Source: a virus. From it: DNA of 39,723 nucleotides. How positions within the stretch are numbered: position 1 is the stretch's first letter; each line of letters opens with the position of its first letter. The translations under genes were made by a program, and so were the position numbers. The notes beneath the pieces were generated by a model. The model had not been told where the DNA came from and ran no database searches. It worked only from the letters and a program-made list of their open reading frames with translations. Below, in pieces: positions 35,453 to 39,723 of this stretch. The stretch lies in the UHGV virus genome UHGV-0092790; one strand, 5' to 3'.

Positions 35453-36594
35453 TTTTTAACTATCCTTTCTTTCTGTTTTTTTTCGACGATATAGCTTCCA
35501 AAGATTTTATTGAATTGTTCGTTCGATGCTTTTCTAGACTGCTTCCCGTTCACAATGTTTTGGTGTTTGTGAAAAGCCTCTTCCAGATTAGAGACTGAAA
35601 CACTAACGGCTTCCATCATGTCCCCTAGAGGAATGACTTGCTGAACCCTAGATAACCCTTCGTTTTTAAAGCTACGAACCGTATTTCCTTCTTTTAAACC
35701 AAGGCCGTCAATCTCTTCGCCATTTTTCAGCAACTCATAACATGATTCTTCTATCTCTTTGGCCACCTTCGAGGCCAATTTAGCTGTAAAATATAGCTTA
35801 GAGCGTTCTTCTGGATTCATTTGTTTCAGCTTAGAAGAAAAAGCTGTAGCGGGGGTAGTGATTGTTTGCACCACCTCTAACGGCTTTTTGCATTCAGCAA
35901 AACCCTTGCAGTACCTGCAATAGCTGTTAGCTTGAGGTGGAAGGTCCTTTTTGGTGCGTTCGCATATCTCAATGACTTCTTTTTCTGCCTCTTTGATGTC
36001 CTCTTCGCTGTACCTCACAATAACAGGATAAGAAGTCACCAGAGGTTGAACAATGGCACAAGAGACTGATTTTATTTTGCAGTCCTGATAATTCCTTTCG
36101 ATGTGTTGCTTGCAACATAGGGCCAACCCTCTAAGCTGGTGGTTTATTTGTGTTGACTCTGGCTCTAAAGGCCCTGTCTTGTAGTCGATAATCAATAAAT
36201 GAAATCCCTCTTCGTCAGACTTACCTAAAACCACGTCGGGTTTCCCAGAAAAGAGTGCATTGTCCCCATCGAAAAAGAAACACCTTTCCTCCTTCATCAA
36301 TTCCTCGAACTTGTCTTCTCCCGCCCAAATCGACGCAACTTCGGTCACAATTCTTTTGCATGCAAGCATGAGTTTCGTCTCTTCTTCGGTGAGTAGTATG
36401 TTTTGGTATGCAAGGTATTGATGAATCCTGTTGCCTCTTTCAGCCATTTCAGAGGTTGTCTCTACTCCTTCAACGTCATATCTCAATGAGTGCGGACATA
36501 ACGCAAGACGTGCTAGGCTGGAACATGAAGGCAATCCTTGTCTTTCCGTATCTTTTGTTTTCATTATTTCTCGTGTATTTTTTTTGTTATTCAT
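35449..36594 (-). CDS. Cas4/RecB-like PD-(D/E)xK exonuclease with an Fe-S cysteine cluster
   Basis: It has an N-terminal Cys (LALCPHSL), the core motifs GKPDVV and LLIIDYKTG (D ... D/E-x-K), and C-terminal CRYCKGFAEC. This is the 1+3 Cys arrangement of Cas4/AddB-type nucleases. Confidence 0.6.
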   Translation of the reverse strand: MNNKKNTREIMKTKDTERQGLPSCSSLARLALCPHSLRYDVEGVETTSEMAERGNRIHQYLAYQNILLTEEETKLMLACKRIVTEVASIWAGEDKFEELMKEERCFFFDGDNALFSGKPDVVLGKSDEEGFHLLIIDYKTGPLEPESTQINHQLRGLALCCKQHIERNYQDCKIKSVSCAIVQPLVTSYPVIVRYSEEDIKEAEKEVIEICERTKKDLPPQANSYCRYCKGFAECKKPLEVVQTITTPATAFSSKLKQMNPEERSKLYFTAKLASKVAKEIEESCYELLKNGEEIDGLGLKEGNTVRSFKNEGLSRVQQVIPLGDMMEAVSVSVSNLEEAFHKHQNIVNGKQSRKASNEQFNKIFGSYIVEKKQKERIVKK

Positions 36595-36658
36595 CTTCTG
36601 GCTCCCAATCTACATACGCCTCAAACTCATAATCCATACAATGTTAGACAGTAGATGT

Positions 36659-37579
36659 TTAAGCGTTTTCATTGTTTTCTTTCTTTTTGAATATTGGCGA
36701 TTCTGGCGACTTGTCTTCTTCATTGGAGAAAGCTTCGTCTTTACTTATGGCCCCGGTTTTAATGGCGTTGAAGAGACCAATAAGCATTACGATTTCAGAT
36801 TCCTTACTAGTCTCAATTTTGTGTTTAAGGTAAGCCTCAAGCATTTCTTTGGAGACTCCGATTTTGGAAAAGGCTATTACACATCCATTTATTCTTTCCG
36901 CAATGGGTGTATCTGTGGCTCTTAGCGTGTTTTGGCAAGCCTCTGCCGCCTCTTGCCTAATGAAGTCCGGCAATACCGCCCAAATGCACGCTCTGATGCG
37001 CCTAGAGGCCATATTAGCACAAAGTTCATAAATATCTCTATCGGATGTAAGAGGATATCCACCGTCTTTTGTGTCCCTGTAGTGCGGAACAGAAAAGGCT
37101 ATCTCCCTTCTTATGTTGTTTTCTTTATCCCAACAGAAAGCTATACAGTCGGAGCAAACCCTTCCTTTTTCATCTACATGTTCCCCTATCTTTCTCCACC
37201 CAGCTTCTGCGTTCCCATAAGCGGTAAGGCACGCATTTGCTAAATGGATTGTCTCTCCTGAAATACTAGAGCCTCCCCTTTTGTATTCGAAGAATGCGGT
37301 GTTAGCTAAATGACGGAACGAGCAAAGCTGTCTAATTTTGGAGGAAACCTCCATCATGTTTCTCGGCATTTGCTTTGCTATATATATAGAGGCAAGCGCC
37401 TCTAGCGATTCTTTGTTGGAAAGCACGTTAGCAAGCGGATTTCCAGCAAGAGGTGCTATCATGGACAAGCCTTCTGCCGGGACTGTGGTCAATTGTTCTG
37501 GGTTGTCTGACATGCCCTCATTGTATCTTTTCTCCCACACATGGCAATCTTTTTTTATTTTTTTTCTTGTGCATGTCAA
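36659..37579 (-). CDS. hypothetical protein (306 aa), possibly the single-strand annealing protein that partners the exonuclease
   Basis: The call rests on position only, immediately upstream of the exonuclease. I recognised no motif. Confidence 0.3.
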   Translation of the reverse strand: MTCTRKKIKKDCHVWEKRYNEGMSDNPEQLTTVPAEGLSMIAPLAGNPLANVLSNKESLEALASIYIAKQMPRNMMEVSSKIRQLCSFRHLANTAFFEYKRGGSSISGETIHLANACLTAYGNAEAGWRKIGEHVDEKGRVCSDCIAFCWDKENNIRREIAFSVPHYRDTKDGGYPLTSDRDIYELCANMASRRIRACIWAVLPDFIRQEAAEACQNTLRATDTPIAERINGCVIAFSKIGVSKEMLEAYLKHKIETSKESEIVMLIGLFNAIKTGAISKDEAFSNEEDKSPESPIFKKKENNENA

Positions 37580-37600
37580 AACATGTGGTACAAAAACGAC

Positions 37601-37987
37601 ATGACGAAAGCACTACCAACAGAACAATTAGAAGCATTCTCCAAGTTCGCCAATACTAACGAAGCCCTTTGCAAGCTCATGATGCAACGTGTGGGTTTCA
37701 ACATCACGCCAATGGTGTGGAATAAGGCCAAATGGATGCCTACACAACTTTCCGTAAAGAAGCTCACTAACCTTCGAGCTTTTTACCCAGAAGCATTTGG
37801 TTTAGAGGATGAACCTAATAAAGATTTTTTGAAATCTCTTTATTACCTCCACATTTCAAATAGAACCTTCTCTGGGGAAATTACGCCACTAATTGAGGAC
37901 AAGGATTTTATTACCCATATGCCCTATGCTAACTTTGTTTTGCCCATTGACGATTTCACAAAAAACGCCCTTTCCAAATTCATGTAA
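37601..37987 (+). CDS. hypothetical protein (about 128 aa)
   Basis: I placed the start at ATG 37601 to avoid overlap with the divergent minus-strand gene. Confidence 0.4.
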   Translation: MTKALPTEQLEAFSKFANTNEALCKLMMQRVGFNITPMVWNKAKWMPTQLSVKKLTNLRAFYPEAFGLEDEPNKDFLKSLYYLHISNRTFSGEITPLIEDKDFITHMPYANFVLPIDDFTKNALSKFM

Positions 37988-37996
37988 AATAAGGAT

Positions 37997-38629
37997 ATGA
38001 ATCACCATTCCCATGACTATCCTTTAGAAGAAATGGAACGTATTTCTGAGCCGAAACTGGCAAAAGACATACTGAATTTAGAAGAACTATTGAAGAGATT
38101 AGATGAAATACCGCTAACAACAGAACAGGAAACGAAAGAATGGCGGCGAAAAGAAAAAGAAAAAGAACGCATAGCATCATGGAAAAAACGGTTGAGGCAA
38201 TCCGGCGTGCCTCAAGGGTTTTATGATGCTTGCGTGAATGGAAAGATCGACAAGAGCCGGATATTTCCATTCCTGAAAAACTTAAGTAGCGGGTGTTTAT
38301 TTGTCTGCACGCCGGAAAAAGGTAAAACCTTTTCCGCATGCGCTTTGATATCGCAGGAATTATGGAATGGCAGGTTAGCTTTTTACATGAAAGCTCCTGA
38401 ACTGGAAAGAGAAATGGCCAGTTATAAAAAGGATGCGCGCCTGATAAATAGAGCGCAATCAATCCCGCTCTTAGTGCTGGACGATTTTGAGGGAGTGCGG
38501 ATGAGTGCGAATTCATCCTCCGATTTTATCGCCTTGCTAAAAAAAAGAAATGATTTTAATTTTTTAACAATTTTGAATTCAAAAAAACGAACCTTTTTCC
38601 TCGAACAGATCGAAGAGGCGGTAAGTTAG
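37997..38629 (+). CDS. DnaC/IstB-like AAA+ ATPase, a putative helicase loader
   Basis: It has a Walker A-like motif (CTPEKGKTFSACALI) and a Walker B-like motif (PLLVLDDFEG) in the arrangement typical of DnaC/IstB. Confidence 0.5.
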   Translation: MNHHSHDYPLEEMERISEPKLAKDILNLEELLKRLDEIPLTTEQETKEWRRKEKEKERIASWKKRLRQSGVPQGFYDACVNGKIDKSRIFPFLKNLSSGCLFVCTPEKGKTFSACALISQELWNGRLAFYMKAPELEREMASYKKDARLINRAQSIPLLVLDDFEGVRMSANSSSDFIALLKKRNDFNFLTILNSKKRTFFLEQIEEAVS

Positions 38630-38656
38630 TGTTCCCTTAACCACCAGAAAATAAAA

Positions 38657-38701
38657 GTGTAATAAAAAACCACTGTAGCCTAAATAAAGGCTACAGTGGT
38701 T
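38657..38701. terminator. bidirectional intrinsic terminator between convergent genes
   Basis: A perfect 13-bp inverted repeat (aaccactgtagcc / ggctacagtggtt) is flanked by an A-run on the plus side, which gives a T-run for the minus-strand transcript, and by T-rich sequence after it. Confidence 0.65.
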
Positions 38702-38725
38702 GAATTTGTGTAGTTTTATGACAAA

Positions 38726-39412
38726 CTATTGAACTCTTTTTTCAGGTATTAGTTTGCTATTAAATGAGTAGTATTTTTTTGAGTAATTGTAGGTCTTGGA
38801 ATATTTAGAATATCCGGTTTTGTTGCTCCAATAAACCTCATCACCATAAAAAGAGCAGTAACTATATTCTTTTTTTTGATAAGAGTCGTTCGAAAAATAA
38901 GCAAATTTGTTTTTATCCGGTCTTTCGAAATTGCCATAAAACAATATCTTTCCTTTTTTCCAAAAAACAAATTTGCTTTGGCCAATGATAGAGTTAACCA
39001 TATCATCAATGCCCTCATTTGTTTCCTTGATACCTGTTTCGCCAAAGGCTGGCAAAAACAGGTATCGGAAGAAGGTTTCACTATCGGTTAAATCTCCTTT
39101 ATTTTTTATGGAAAGAACGCCGTTGTGGCAAAAATACCAGCCGCTACCGTTCCAACCGTGAACGTTTTTTTCAGAAATAGAGCCATGAGTTTTGATTCTA
39201 GCGTGAAGAAGGACTACGTAATCATTAGGAATTTTTTCCCATGTGGCCACAACTTCCTTTTTTAGAAGAGTTCTAATTAGAAATTCCGGGTTATCGTCTT
39301 TGTGTCCTCTCTTAAAACCTAGCAGGAAAAATCCGTCTGGATTATTTGTTAGGCAATTTTGAAAACGTTGAGTGCCGATATCTTTCTTGAATCCGTAAGC
39401 AATGATACACAT
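38726..39412 (-). CDS. class-II (Ntn-hydrolase) glutamine amidotransferase-like protein, YafJ-like
   Basis: Cys2 sits directly after the initiator Met (MCIIAYG), as the N-terminal nucleophile. Downstream it reads LLHARIKTHGSISEKNVHGW ... YFCHNGVL, matching the R-x-AT-x-G ... N-x-HP ... HNG pattern of class-II amidotransferase domains. Confidence 0.6.
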   Translation of the reverse strand: MCIIAYGFKKDIGTQRFQNCLTNNPDGFFLLGFKRGHKDDNPEFLIRTLLKKEVVATWEKIPNDYVVLLHARIKTHGSISEKNVHGWNGSGWYFCHNGVLSIKNKGDLTDSETFFRYLFLPAFGETGIKETNEGIDDMVNSIIGQSKFVFWKKGKILFYGNFERPDKNKFAYFSNDSYQKKEYSYCSFYGDEVYWSNKTGYSKYSKTYNYSKKYYSFNSKLIPEKRVQ

Positions 39413-39425
39413 GTTTTTTGTTTTG

Positions 39426-39716
39426 TTATTGTTTTTTTTCTGCGTTTTTTGTGATGATATTTTTGATACCTTCCATTAGGGAAAAAGCTTTATTTTCTTC
39501 TTCCGGCGTCTCGTAAAAGATTTTTACGAAAGTATATTGCTGATATGGAGTGTATTTCATTTTAACTCCGTTTCTAAGCAAATAATTGATAGTTTCCAGC
39601 CTTATTTTTTGAAATAGATCTTGAGATAAAGGCCTATGGAAAACATTTGAGAATTCTAAGTTAAGGCTACCTATCAAGCTCGAAATATAGCATTCTAGGT
39701 GTGTTTGTCGTCGCAA
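39426..39716 (-). CDS. hypothetical protein (96 aa)
   Basis: An ORF upstream of the amidotransferase-like gene, on the same strand. Confidence 0.35.
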   Translation of the reverse strand: MRRQTHLECYISSLIGSLNLEFSNVFHRPLSQDLFQKIRLETINYLLRNGVKMKYTPYQQYTFVKIFYETPEEENKAFSLMEGIKNIITKNAEKKQ

Positions 39717-39723
39717 AAAAGAG

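Noticed and set aside
1-39723. A CRISPR array, or an integrase with attachment sites.
   Set aside because: There are no spaced identical repeats with unique spacers. No tyrosine or serine recombinase catalytic domain was recognised. The only integrase-like feature is the arm-domain-like segment in 5474-6181.

Overview
The window reads as a near-complete, roughly 40 kb, tail-less (podovirus-like) dsDNA phage genome. Its gene order parallels P22 and T7. I ran no database searches, so every call rests on motifs and synteny read by eye.

Layout:
- 167-3692 (minus strand): an AT-rich block of small genes led by a glutamine-synthetase-like carboxylate-amine ligase (amidoligase).
- 3.7-5.0 kb: an ORF-poor divergent region with mirror polypyrimidine and polypurine tracts and poly-G runs.
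- 5.0-7.5 kb (plus strand): purine-rich ORFs, an Amidase_3 endolysin and a putative small terminase.
- 7.5-29.4 kb (plus strand): a terminase large subunit with a clear Walker A box, then a structural module. It runs portal, scaffold, coat, a 1430-aa tail protein with a perfect 48-bp internal duplication, three putative internal ejection proteins (the largest about 2053 aa), and a tail fibre.
- 30.25-31.37 kb: a 1.1 kb non-coding island bounded by perfect 20-bp direct repeats. It contains a candidate structured small RNA closed by a strong intrinsic terminator.
- 31.4-33.6 kb (plus strand): small genes including membrane proteins that may be lysis-associated.
- 33.6-37.6 kb (minus strand): a recombination and host-interaction module with a RuvC-like resolvase, an AT-hook protein, a MazG-like pyrophosphohydrolase, a Cas4-like Fe-S exonuclease and a putative annealing protein.
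- 37.6-38.6 kb (plus strand): a DnaC/IstB-like ATPase.
- 38.7-39.7 kb (minus strand): a class-II (N-terminal nucleophile) glutamine amidotransferase-like gene ending at a bidirectional terminator.

The most unusual content is the amidoligase plus Ntn-amidotransferase pair sitting at the two ends of the window on the same strand. If the genome is circular or circularly permuted they form one operon, which would be a candidate phage-encoded peptide- or metabolite-ligation system of unknown function.
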